64,000 nucleotides of DNA from positions 1,966 to 65,965 of the forward strand of contig CAZGWR010000014.1 of NCBI GenBank assembly GCA_964529505.1, written 5' to 3'. This DNA comes from an uncultured Novosphingobium sp. GTDB taxonomy: Bacteria > Pseudomonadota > Alphaproteobacteria > Sphingomonadales > Sphingomonadaceae. This document shows positions 18,495 to 27,295 of this stretch, piece after piece. Position numbers and translations under genes: made by a program. Under the pieces are notes generated by a model. The model did no database searches and was not told the origin of the DNA. It saw nothing but the letters and a program-made list of their open reading frames with translations. Numbering within the stretch: the first letter of the stretch is position 1; each line of letters starts with the position of its first letter.

Positions 18495-18926
18495 TTACTT
18501 CACAAGTTCGACAGGCTGGAACTGGCCAAGGCCGCACGAGCCGCGCGGGCCGCCGTTGCCGCTTTGCTGGAACACGGTGATGATGTCCTGGCTGCACAGC
18601 TGGGCGATCGAGGTGTTGTAGGTAAACGCGCGCTCGAAGCCGAGGCCGTTGCAGCGATAGGGCAGGACCGAGCGATACCACAGCTTGCCGCCCGCCTTGA
18701 AATCGATGGTCCAGTCATCGCGCACCCGGCTTTCGCGGACCGTTGCCAGCGGAATGCAGCTGACCGAAGGGCCCACCGACTTGGCCGCCGGGAGATTGGC
18801 GGCATGGCCGTTCAGATTGCTGCTGGCGCTTTGTGCGCCGCCGGTGGCAGCGGGATTGGCGCAGGCGGCCAGCGCGAGCACGGCGGCGGCGCAAGCGAGA
18901 GATTTCAAACGGATCGGGGCGTTCAT
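18495..18926 (-). CDS. Hypothetical lipoprotein
   Basis: ORF 18495..19010 trimmed to MNAPIRLKSLACAAAVLALAACANP (lipobox LAAC). No family recognised. Confidence 0.6.
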   Translation of the reverse strand: MNAPIRLKSLACAAAVLALAACANPAATGGAQSASSNLNGHAANLPAAKSVGPSVSCIPLATVRESRVRDDWTIDFKAGGKLWYRSVLPYRCNGLGFERAFTYNTSIAQLCSQDIITVFQQSGNGGPRGSCGLGQFQPVELVK

Positions 18927-19615
18927 GCCAAGCGTTCCTTCTTTGCTCGTGGCGCTTTTGGAGTCGCCGGTTTTGCCCCCGGTGCCATTACTTTCGCCTT
19001 GTAGTCGCAAAGGTCAAGCACCGGACAACGCCAGCATTCTGGCGTACGCGCCTTGCAGACATAGCGCCCGTGCAGGATCATCCAGTGATGCGAGCCGACG
19101 CGGAACGGCGCGGGCACTTTCTTTTCCAGCCCCAGTTCAACGGCGAGCGGGGTTTTTCCCTTCGCCATCCCGGTGCGATTGCCGACGCGGAAGATATGCG
19201 TATCGACTGCGAAGGTTTCCGCGCCGAACGCGCAGTTCATCACCACATTGGCGGTCTTGCGGCCCACTCCCGGCAGCGCGACCAGCGCATCGCGGTCTTG
19301 CGGCACTTCGCCGCCATGATCGCGCACGAGCATCTCGGAGAGCGCGATGACGTTCTTGGCCTTGGCATTGAACAGGCCGATGGTCTTGATGTGCTCCTTG
19401 AGCCCTTCCTCGCCCAGCGCGACCATCTGCGCCGGGGTCTGAACCACGCGGAACAGCGCGCGGGTTGCCTTGTTCACGCCCACATCGGTCGATTGCGCCG
19501 AGAGCACCACCGCGACAAGCAGCTGATAGGTGTTGCCATAAGCGAGCTCGGTTTCGGGCGCGGGATTGGCCTCGGCGAGACGGCGGAAGAATTCGAAGAT
19601 CGCCGCCTTGTTCAA
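18923..19615 (-). CDS. nth: Endonuclease III
   Basis: It has the HhH-GPD motif LPGVGRKTANVV and the 4Fe-4S cluster CKARTPECWRCPVLDLC. I prefer the TTG at 19615 (LNKAAIFEFF aligns with E. coli MNKAKRLEIL). The ORF track's longest start at 19669 would overlap dapB by 58 nt. Confidence 0.88.
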   Translation of the reverse strand: MNKAAIFEFFRRLAEANPAPETELAYGNTYQLLVAVVLSAQSTDVGVNKATRALFRVVQTPAQMVALGEEGLKEHIKTIGLFNAKAKNVIALSEMLVRDHGGEVPQDRDALVALPGVGRKTANVVMNCAFGAETFAVDTHIFRVGNRTGMAKGKTPLAVELGLEKKVPAPFRVGSHHWMILHGRYVCKARTPECWRCPVLDLCDYKAKVMAPGAKPATPKAPRAKKERLA

Positions 19616-20358
19616 AGACCAAGCACCTCGGCCATGGTATAGCGCCCCGGCGGCTGGCCGATCAGCCATTCGCCCGCGCGCACCGCACCGCGCGCGAAGA
19701 TCGACCGGTTTTCGGCCACGTGGGTGAAGCTCAGCCGCTCGTTGTCGGCGAGAAAATGCACTGTGTGATCGCCCGCGACGCTGCCGCCGCGCAAGGCCGC
19801 AAAGCCGATCGTGCCGGGCGCGCGCGCGCCGGTCAGGCCATCGCGGCCGCGCACGGCCTCCTGCGCCAGATGGACCCCGCGTCCGGCAGCGGCGGCTTCG
19901 CCGAGCAGGAGCGCGGTGCCCGAGGGGGCATCCACTTTCATGCGGTGGTGCGTCTCGGCGATCTCGATATCCCAGTCCTCGCCCAGCCGCTGCGCCGCCT
20001 CTTTCACCAGATGCGCAAGCAGAGTGACGCCGAGCGAGGTATTGCCGGTTTGCAGCACGGGAATGCTGACCGCAGCGGCATCGATTAGCCAGTGATGGCG
20101 CTCGGCGAGCCCGGTGGTGCCGATGACGATGGGCGTGCGCGCATGGATCGCGGCGTCGAGCGTGAATTCGAGCGCGGCGGGTGCGGAGAAATCGACCAGC
20201 ACGTCGCTCGCCTGCGCCAGTGCCAGCGGATCGCCGCCGCCCTTATCGCTTTGGTCGATACCGCCCGCCAGCCCATGGCCCGCCGCAACGATCGCCTCGC
20301 GCAGCGCCGCGCCCATCCGTCCTGCGCTGCCGATGATGCCGATGCTTGCCATTGCCAC
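19612..20358 (-). CDS. dapB: 4-hydroxy-tetrahydrodipicolinate reductase
   Basis: 248-aa ORF with IGIIGSAGRMG and ETHHRMKVDAPSGTA motifs. Confidence 0.92.
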   Translation of the reverse strand: MAMASIGIIGSAGRMGAALREAIVAAGHGLAGGIDQSDKGGGDPLALAQASDVLVDFSAPAALEFTLDAAIHARTPIVIGTTGLAERHHWLIDAAAVSIPVLQTGNTSLGVTLLAHLVKEAAQRLGEDWDIEIAETHHRMKVDAPSGTALLLGEAAAAGRGVHLAQEAVRGRDGLTGARAPGTIGFAALRGGSVAGDHTVHFLADNERLSFTHVAENRSIFARGAVRAGEWLIGQPPGRYTMAEVLGL

Positions 20359-20378
20359 TCCCGCCTGTGCTGTGCTTC

Positions 20379-21104
20379 ATGGCCTTGATGAACCAATATC
20401 GCAACATCGTGATCCTGACCGGTGCGGGGGTGTCGGCCGAGAGCGGCATCGATACCTTTCGCAGCGCGGGCGGCCTGTGGGAGCAGCACCGGGTGGAGGA
20501 TGTCGCGACGCCCGAGGGATTTGCCCGCGATCCCGATCTCGTGCTGCGGTTTTACGACATGCGGCGCGCGGCGATCCAGACCAAGGTGCCCAATGCCGCG
20601 CATATCGCGCTGGCCAGGCTCGACCGCGCTTGGGCGGCGCGCAGCGGCGGCGGCGAGGTGCTGATCGTGACGCAGAACGTGGATGATCTGCACGAGCGCG
20701 CCGGGGCTCTCAACGTGCTGCACATGCACGGCGAGCATCTCAATGTGTGGTGCACCGCCTGCGACACGCGCCGCCGCTGGACCGGCCCGCTGATCGAGCG
20801 GCCTCCCTGCCCCGCGTGCGGCGCGCAGGCGCTGCGGCCCGACGTGGTATGGTTCGGCGAGATTCCCTACAGGATGGACGAGATCACCGCGGCTTTGGCA
20901 CGCGCCGACCTGTTCGTTTCGATCGGCACCTCGGGCGCGGTCTATCCCGCCGCAGGCTTTGTGCGGCTGGCGCGCGAGCTCGGCGCGGACACGCTCGAGC
21001 TCAATCTCGAACGCTCGCAAGGCTCGGCGTGGTTCGACGAGACGCGGCTGGGCGCGGCGAGCGTTCTGGTTCCGGAATGGGTCGAGGAGTTGCTCGGCGA
21101 CTGA
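20379..21104 (+). CDS. cobB: NAD-dependent protein deacylase (Sir2 family)
   Basis: ORF 20346..21104 trimmed to MALMNQYRNIVILTGAGVSAESGIDTFR. The zinc ribbon is CTACD...CPACG. Confidence 0.88.
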   Translation: MALMNQYRNIVILTGAGVSAESGIDTFRSAGGLWEQHRVEDVATPEGFARDPDLVLRFYDMRRAAIQTKVPNAAHIALARLDRAWAARSGGGEVLIVTQNVDDLHERAGALNVLHMHGEHLNVWCTACDTRRRWTGPLIERPPCPACGAQALRPDVVWFGEIPYRMDEITAALARADLFVSIGTSGAVYPAAGFVRLARELGADTLELNLERSQGSAWFDETRLGAASVLVPEWVEELLGD

Positions 21105-21127
21105 TTGGGGGGCGAAGGAAAAAGGGT

Positions 21128-21277
21128 TTCGCGCAGCGATCGCAGAGGCCGCAGAGAAAGAGGGAGGTAAGAAAAGCGCCTTCGGCGAAGCCGCCCCTCC
21201 GACAGGACGGCGAACCAAAAGCACGGCGGCGAGTTCGAGACGCGAGTCCTCTGCGTTGTCTGCGAACTCTGCGCGAA
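21128..21277. repeat. MITE/REP-like intergenic element, copy 3
   Basis: TTCGCGCAGCG...CGGCGAAGCCG...CTCTGCGTTGTCTGCGAACTCTGCGCGAA. It has the same termini and core as copies 1 and 2. Confidence 0.65.
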
Positions 21278-21308
21278 TGAAACTTTCTATGGCGTCGAGC
21301 GAAGCGGA

Positions 21309-22070
21309 TCAGCCATGGCACCCCGAACACTCCGGGTCCTTGGTAATCCGCATCGTGCGCAAGCTCGGCTTGAGTCCGTCGAGCACATGGACCTGGCCCC
21401 ACTGCGGATCGCCCAGGGTCGAGACGCCTTCCAGCAGCACACGCAGCGCCGCCATCGCGCCGAACGCGCCGACCATGCCGACCATCGCGCCCAGCACGCC
21501 CTGATCGGCGCAGGTATCGCAATCCTCGGCGTCGAACGCATCGCCGACGAAGCAGCGGTAGCAGGCCTGATCGGCATGGTGCCCGGCAAAGTTCGCCACC
21601 TGCCCCTGAAACCGCCCGAGCGCCGCGCTGGTGAGCGGCACTCCAGCCCGCACGCAGGCATCCGATACCGCCAGCCGCGTGGCGAAGTTGTCGCTGCCAT
21701 CGAGCACGACGTCGGCGCCCGCGATGAATTCGGCGGCGTTGTCCCTGGTCAGCCGGGAGATATGCGCCGTGCCAATGAGTTCCGGGTCAAATGCTGCCAG
21801 CCAATGCGCTGCAGCCGACGCCTTGGGCTTCCCGATGTCCTCGGTGCGAAAGATGGTCTGGCGCTGGAGGTTCGAGGCCTCGACCACGTCATCGTCGATC
21901 AACGTCAGCTGCCCCACCCCAGCACCGGCGAGATACTGCAAGGCCGGGCTGCCGATCCCGCCAAGCCCGACGAGCACGACATGGCTTTTCACGAGCCTGG
22001 CCTGTCCGGCACCGCCGACCTCGGGGAGGACGATGTGGCGGGCGAAGCGATCGAGGCGGTCGGGCGTCAT
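21309..22070 (-). CDS. HesA/MoeB/ThiF-family adenylyltransferase
   Basis: 253-aa ORF with RFARHIVLPEVGGAGQ, the nucleotide loop VLVGLGGIGSP, and C-terminal CxxC pairs (CYRC, CSGC). Confidence 0.85.
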   Translation of the reverse strand: MTPDRLDRFARHIVLPEVGGAGQARLVKSHVVLVGLGGIGSPALQYLAGAGVGQLTLIDDDVVEASNLQRQTIFRTEDIGKPKASAAAHWLAAFDPELIGTAHISRLTRDNAAEFIAGADVVLDGSDNFATRLAVSDACVRAGVPLTSAALGRFQGQVANFAGHHADQACYRCFVGDAFDAEDCDTCADQGVLGAMVGMVGAFGAMAALRVLLEGVSTLGDPQWGQVHVLDGLKPSLRTMRITKDPECSGCHG

Positions 22071-22101
22071 GAAGAGGAGTTAGGGAGAAGAAGGAGAGAA
22101 T

Positions 22102-22256
22102 GCGAGGGCTATTGCCCTCGCGCTCCCGGGAATGGGTGCCTTGCCGATGGGTTGGGCGCACCGGCGAAGCCGGAGCATACAGCCGCTTTGCGGATGGCCC
22201 TCGACGGCCGCGGTTGCGCACCAAACACCCGGGAGCGCGAGGGCAATGGCCCTCGC
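22102..22256. repeat. 155-bp element with about 29-bp terminal inverted repeats (GCGAGGGCTATTGCCCTCGCGCTCCCGGG / CCCGGGAGCGCGAGGGCAATGGCCCTCGC)
   Basis: Read directly. Each terminus is itself a hairpin. The internal CGGCGAAGCCGG core is shared with the 4543/21128 elements. It sits between the ThiF-like gene start and the dnaA stop. Confidence 0.8.
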
Positions 22257-22264
22257 ACCTTCGC

Positions 22265-23758
22265 TCAATCCTCCAATTGCCGCAGCAAAGTCCGCACATC
22301 GCCGTCCATATCGGCATCGCGGGTGCGCAGTTCCTCGATCAGGCGGACGGCGTGGATCACGGTGGAGTGGTCGCGTCCGCCGAATTTGCGGCCGATCTCG
22401 GGGTATGAGCGCGGGGTGAGCACTTTGGCGAGGTACATCGCCACCTGGCGCGGGCGCACGACCGCGCGGGCGCGGCGCTTGGAGCCCATCTCGGTGCGAT
22501 CGACGCGGTAGAACTGGCAGACGGTACGCTGGATTTCGTCGATGGTGATGCGGCGGCGGTTGGCCGAGAGGATGTCGGTCAGCTGTTCTTCGGCGAGCGC
22601 GAGCGAGACCGGCTGGCCGGTGAGCTGGGCGAAGGCGATCAGTTTGTTGAGCCCGCCGACCAGCTCGCGGACATTGCGGTTGATCGTGCGCGAGAGGAAT
22701 TCGATGACTTCAGGCGGCACCTGGGTGCTGGTGAAGCGCATCAGGCGCTGTTCGAGGATCTTGCGGCGCAGCTCGATATCGGCGGGCTGGATATCCGCAA
22801 CGAGGCCCATCGAGAGGCGCGAGAGCAGGCGTTGCTCGACCCCGTCGAGCGCTTGAGGCGCGCGATCGGCGGCGACGACAAGGCGCTTGCCGGCGGTCAT
22901 CAGGGCATCGATGGTGTGGAGGAATTCTTCCTGCGTCGACGATTTGCCGATGATGAACTGGATATCATCGACCAGCAGAAGATCGAAGCCGCGCAGCCGC
23001 GCCTTGAACTCGATCATCTCGTTCGAGCGCATAGCCTGGACGAATTCGATCATGAACCGTTCGGCCGAGCAATAGAAGATCCGCGCGCCGGGCCGGGCGG
23101 CGGCATAGGCATGGCCAATGGCGTGGAGCAGGTGGGTCTTGCCCTGCCCGGTCGAGCCTTTGAGATAGAGCGGCGAGAACTGCGGCTGTTCGAGCGCGGC
23201 CATGCGCTGCGCGGCGTTGACCGCGAGCACGTTGGCGGTGCCCGAGACGAATTCGGCGAAAGTGAGCGAGGGATCAAGGCCGGTGATCGCGGCATCGGCG
23301 CTCATCGGCACGGCGGCGAGGCGCTGCGCGGCGTGGCCTGCGCCGAGATCGTTGGCGGCGATGCTGCCGAGGCGCAGTTCGGGCATGGTGCGGCGGCGCG
23401 GATGGACGGTGATGCGCACCTGGTTGACTTCGGGGCGCGCGATCTTCCACGCGAGCGACAGGCGGTCGGCAAACCGGTCCGCCACCCAGTTGGCGGAGAA
23501 CTCGGTCGGCAGGAACAGGTCGAGCGTGCCGGTCTCCTTGCAGAACGAGCCCAGTTGAATCGGCTTGATCCACTGGCTGTGCAGCTGCGGGCCGAGGTCC
23601 TTTTTCAGGCCCTGGCTGATATCCGCCCAATCGGCGGCAAGATCGAGCGCATCCTGGTCCTCGACCACCGCGCCCTCACGCGATCGTTTGCCGGGCGATA
23701 CATCGGAGTAGCTTCTGCTTGCGCCGCGGACACTGCCGCCGTTGCCGAATTCATCCAT
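22265..23758 (-). CDS. dnaA: Chromosomal replication initiator protein DnaA
   Basis: ORF 22265..23845 trimmed to MDEFGNGG. It has Walker A GSTGQGKTHLLHAIG, LLLVDDIQF, and the C-terminal DNA-binding motif RPRQVAMYLAKVLT...GGRDHSTVIHA. Confidence 0.93.
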   Translation of the reverse strand: MDEFGNGGSVRGASRSYSDVSPGKRSREGAVVEDQDALDLAADWADISQGLKKDLGPQLHSQWIKPIQLGSFCKETGTLDLFLPTEFSANWVADRFADRLSLAWKIARPEVNQVRITVHPRRRTMPELRLGSIAANDLGAGHAAQRLAAVPMSADAAITGLDPSLTFAEFVSGTANVLAVNAAQRMAALEQPQFSPLYLKGSTGQGKTHLLHAIGHAYAAARPGARIFYCSAERFMIEFVQAMRSNEMIEFKARLRGFDLLLVDDIQFIIGKSSTQEEFLHTIDALMTAGKRLVVAADRAPQALDGVEQRLLSRLSMGLVADIQPADIELRRKILEQRLMRFTSTQVPPEVIEFLSRTINRNVRELVGGLNKLIAFAQLTGQPVSLALAEEQLTDILSANRRRITIDEIQRTVCQFYRVDRTEMGSKRRARAVVRPRQVAMYLAKVLTPRSYPEIGRKFGGRDHSTVIHAVRLIEELRTRDADMDGDVRTLLRQLED

Positions 23759-24132
23759 CTTCAAGCCAATCCGCCTTGCCCCTTGCGCCCGCGACCGCAC
23801 CCGCCGCAGACAAAATCCATCCCGTCGCGAAAAGCGCGAATTCACGCCTTCAACGCACGTTTCATGCGATGTTCGAAGTACCGGCTAGAAACCGCCGCCG
23901 CTGGAACGGTGACGTCATCGTTGCTGGGAGACCATCTCTATTGGGGGATGGGATAGATTCGCAAGCTCGTGAGCGCAAAAAAACTGAAATAAATCGCCTT
24001 GACTCTGCGACACCCGCAGAAATCAAGCAAGTTATTGAAATATAAACGCTTTTACTTCCGAAGGTGCGAATCGCGTGAATTCCGTGACTTGCATCGTCCG
24101 CGCTTTGTCACACAGACCGTAACACCACTGAA

Positions 24133-24159
24133 ACAAAAAGGGGCCGGACCTTGCGGCCC
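24133..24159 (-). terminator. Rho-independent terminator downstream of rpsT
   Basis: On the minus strand, GGGCCG-CAAGGTC-CGGCCC is followed by CTTTTTGTTT. Confidence 0.7.
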
Positions 24160-24261
24160 GACCACGATCGATCGGTTTGGTCATCATTATGCCATCGGGG
24201 GGTGCCGGGCGCGAATCGCCTCGGCCAATCGCGGTGCCGGGGGTGTGCCCCGGGCTGCGAC

Positions 24262-24522
24262 TCAGAGCGCGGAAACGCGCTTCGTCAGGCGCGACATCTT
24301 GCGCGCCACGGTATTCTTGTGCAGCACGCCGCGTGCCACGCCGCGCGCCAGCTCGGGCTGCGCCGCGTGCAAAGCTTCGGCCGCAGCCGCCTTGTCGCCG
24401 CCGGCGATCGCAGTCTCGACCTTTTTCACGAATGTGCGGATCCGCGACAGGCGGTTACCATTGATTTCGGCGCGGACTGCGTTGCGGCGGATGCGCTTTT
24501 TGGCTTGCGGCGTATTGGCCAT
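24262..24522 (-). CDS. rpsT: 30S ribosomal protein S20
   Basis: ORF 24262..24609 trimmed to [36 protein letters not shown]. Confidence 0.93.
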   Translation of the reverse strand: MANTPQAKKRIRRNAVRAEINGNRLSRIRTFVKKVETAIAGGDKAAAAEALHAAQPELARGVARGVLHKNTVARKMSRLTKRVSAL

Positions 24523-24701
24523 GTTTGTCCTGTTTCTCGATGCCTGGCGCCCCGCCGAAACGGAGCGCAATAACGGATTGCAATGGGCGCACAGGGTTCC
24601 CGGGCCCACCGGAAGACGGCGCTAGTATCGCCGGGCTGGCGAATCGTCAACTGATTCAGCGGAGCATACGCGTTCAAACCCCGGTGCGGCACGATGACCG
24701 C

Positions 24702-26099
24702 TCAAGAGAGCGGTCGCAAGATCACTTGCAACCCGTCGCGTGGCTTGGGGATGGGCCAGGCCTGCCAGGCCGGTTCATAGCCCGGCGCGGCGCTGATTTC
24801 GTAGCGCGTGAGGATGTGGTGCACGAGCACTTTGACCTGCATATAGGCAAAGTGGAGGCCCAGGCACATGTGCGCGCCGCCGCCAAACGGCACCCACGCG
24901 TACTTGTGGCGTTTGGCAACCTCTTCGGGCGTGAAGCGCAGCGGATCGAACCGCGCCGGATCGGGCCAGTGCGCCGGATCGGCATGGATCGAAGCCGCGC
25001 TGATCCCCACGCCGGTGCCGGCCGGGATGCGAAAGCCGCCGAACGTGAACTCGCGCAGCGCCCGGCGCGGCGTGGCGGGCACCGGGGGCAGGATGCGCAG
25101 CGCCTCCTTGAACGCCATTTCGGTGAGCACCAGCTGCCCCAGCGCCTCGAACGGCAAAGGCCGGGCATCGCCGCCGGCCGCCGCGCGCGCTTCGCCGCGC
25201 AGCTTTTCCTGCCATTCAGGGTGCCGTGCCAGTTGCCAGATCAGACCGGTCATCGACGAGGTGATCGTGTCGTGCGCCGCCATCATCAGGAAGATCATGT
25301 GATCGACCACCAGATCTTCGGGCAGCAGCGCGCCATCGTCGCGCGTCGCCAGCGCGAACTGGCTGAACATGTCCTGCCCGGGACTCGCGCGGCGCTGGCG
25401 CAGCAGCTGGGTGAAATAGGCGACCATCAGCTTGCGCCCGGCAACGCCCTTGCCCATCCTGGTGAAGGGCAGCGGGCGGCGCACCGGCGCGATCGAGGCC
25501 TGCACCATATCGACAAAGGCGCGGTTCAGCCGGTCCGCCTCGGGCCCCAGCGGCAGCCCGAGGAAGCTGGTCGCGGCGGTCTCGAGCGTCAGCGCCTTGA
25601 TCGCGGGATAGAACGCCATTGGTCCCGCACCCCAGCTTTGCGTGCCGCGCGCGATATCGGCATTGAGCAGGCCGCAATAATTGCGCATCGGCTCGGGCTT
25701 GAACGCGGCGGAAAGCGCGCGCCGATCGAGCCGGTGCACATCGAAATCGAGCAGCATCAGCCCGCGCGGAAACAGCAGATTGAGCAGAGGGCCCCAGCCC
25801 TGCTCGGACGAGAAATTGCGGTCGCGATCGAACAGCACCAGCTCGTTCGCATCGGCCCCGACCAGATTGACCATGCGCCGCCCGAAGCTGCGCGTGCGGT
25901 ACACCGGGCCATAGCGCGCCGCCATGCGCGCGGCGAACCCGAGCGGATCCGCCAGCTGGGTGATCGTGGTGCCGACCACCGGCCAGCCGTCGGTGCCCGG
26001 GATATGATCGAGCGCGTGTTCCTGCGGCGGGTGGGTCCAGTGGGGATTGCCGCGCTCGTTCTGGATATCGTGCGGTCTGCCCGGTGCGATGCTCGCCAT
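24702..26099 (-). CDS. Cytochrome P450
   Basis: Part of ORF 24702..26510, from the ATG at 26099 (MASIAPGRPHD). It has the heme-Cys motif FGGGAHMCLGLHFA and the I-helix MMAAHDTITSS. Confidence 0.9.
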   Translation of the reverse strand: MASIAPGRPHDIQNERGNPHWTHPPQEHALDHIPGTDGWPVVGTTITQLADPLGFAARMAARYGPVYRTRSFGRRMVNLVGADANELVLFDRDRNFSSEQGWGPLLNLLFPRGLMLLDFDVHRLDRRALSAAFKPEPMRNYCGLLNADIARGTQSWGAGPMAFYPAIKALTLETAATSFLGLPLGPEADRLNRAFVDMVQASIAPVRRPLPFTRMGKGVAGRKLMVAYFTQLLRQRRASPGQDMFSQFALATRDDGALLPEDLVVDHMIFLMMAAHDTITSSMTGLIWQLARHPEWQEKLRGEARAAAGGDARPLPFEALGQLVLTEMAFKEALRILPPVPATPRRALREFTFGGFRIPAGTGVGISAASIHADPAHWPDPARFDPLRFTPEEVAKRHKYAWVPFGGGAHMCLGLHFAYMQVKVLVHHILTRYEISAAPGYEPAWQAWPIPKPRDGLQVILRPLS

Positions 26100-26158
26100 G
26101 AAACGTCCTTGGTTGTTTGGCCGCGCCTGCCACGATCCCGCGCGCGCGCCAAGTCCGG

Positions 26159-27295
26159 CTAGATCCAGCCTGCCAGTTCGCGCCGGATCAGCGCCTCGAT
26201 CATGCCCATGCCTTCCTCCCCGGCATTGAGGCAGGTGAGCGCGGCGAAATGCGTGCCCCCGGCGGCGATGAAATCCTCGCGCCCGCGAATGCCGAGCTCC
26301 TCGATCGTCTCGAGGCAATCGGCCGAGAAACCCGGCGCCGCGACCGCGACCCGGCGCGTGCCCTTGCCCGCTTCTTCGAGCAGGACCGTGTCGGTCGCCG
26401 GTTCGAGCCACTTGGCCCGCCCGAAGCGCGACTGGAAGCTGGTGACGATGCGCATGGCCGGATAGGTCGCGCCGAGCGCTTCCCCCAGCAGCCGCGCGGT
26501 CTTGTGGCAATGGCAGTGATAGGGATCGCCCAGATGCAAGGTGCGCTCGGGCATCCCATGAAAGCTGAGCAAGAGCAGCTCGGGCGCAAAATCGAGCGCG
26601 CCGATCTGGCGCGCGATATCGCGTGCCAATGCGCCGATCGCGAGCGGATCGTCGTGATAGGGCGGCAAGGTGCGCAGGGCCGGCAGGCGGCGGCTAGCCT
26701 TGATCCAATCGGCCATGGCATCGAGCACGCTGGCGGTGGTCGCCCCGGCATATTGCGGATAGAGCGGCGCGACCAGAATGCGCTCGCAGCCTGCCGCCAG
26801 GAGCGCATCGAGCTGTTTGGCCACGGCGGGATTGCCATAGCGCATCGCCCAATCGACCACCACGCCCTCGCCAAGCCGCGCCTGCAGCGCGCGCGCCTGC
26901 GCGGCGGTGTTGGCCGCGAGCGGCGAGCCGTCCTTGGTCCAGACCTGCTGATAGGCATGCGCCGATTTGGCCGGACGCGTGCGCAGCACGAACCCGCGCA
27001 GGATCGGCTGCCAGATGAGCCACGGGATTTCGACAACGCGGCGATCGGAGAGGAACTGCCCGAGGTAGCGCTTGACCGAGCCCGCATCGGGCGCATCGGG
27101 GGTGCCGAGATTGACCAGCAGGACGCCGACTTTGCCGGTGAGGATTGCAGGATGGTCTGTAGGCTTGGCCAGCGCGGGCGCGCGCGCCTGGAGCGGGGGG
27201 GTCGGCGCGGAATTCGTCGCAGGATTCGTCGGGGGTGTCACGCTCTCGGCCGGTATCGTGATTTTCGATGGCAATACAGTCGTCATCGGCGTCAC
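26159..27295 (-). CDS. hemH: Ferrochelatase
   Basis: 378-aa ORF with VGVLLVNLGTPDAPD...VKRYLGQFLSDRRVVE. A Pro/Thr-rich N-terminal extension of about 45 aa makes the start uncertain. Confidence 0.9.
   Translation of the reverse strand: MTPMTTVLPSKITIPAESVTPPTNPATNSAPTPPLQARAPALAKPTDHPAILTGKVGVLLVNLGTPDAPDAGSVKRYLGQFLSDRRVVEIPWLIWQPILRGFVLRTRPAKSAHAYQQVWTKDGSPLAANTAAQARALQARLGEGVVVDWAMRYGNPAVAKQLDALLAAGCERILVAPLYPQYAGATTASVLDAMADWIKASRRLPALRTLPPYHDDPLAIGALARDIARQIGALDFAPELLLLSFHGMPERTLHLGDPYHCHCHKTARLLGEALGATYPAMRIVTSFQSRFGRAKWLEPATDTVLLEEAGKGTRRVAVAAPGFSADCLETIEELGIRGREDFIAAGGTHFAALTCLNAGEEGMGMIEALIRRELAGWI

Noticed and set aside
23759-24261. The region upstream of dnaA considered as oriC.
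   Set aside because: I could not find clustered DnaA boxes close to TTATCCACA. Alphaproteobacterial origins are usually not next to dnaA. I kept this as a low-interest finding only.
24525-26162. 545-aa plus-strand ORF, plus the 602-aa extension of the P450 ORF up to 26510.
   Set aside because: The plus-strand ORF is antisense to the P450. The P450 extension runs through the hemH 3' region and is Arg/Gly-rich. The ATG at 26099 gives a normal-length P450.
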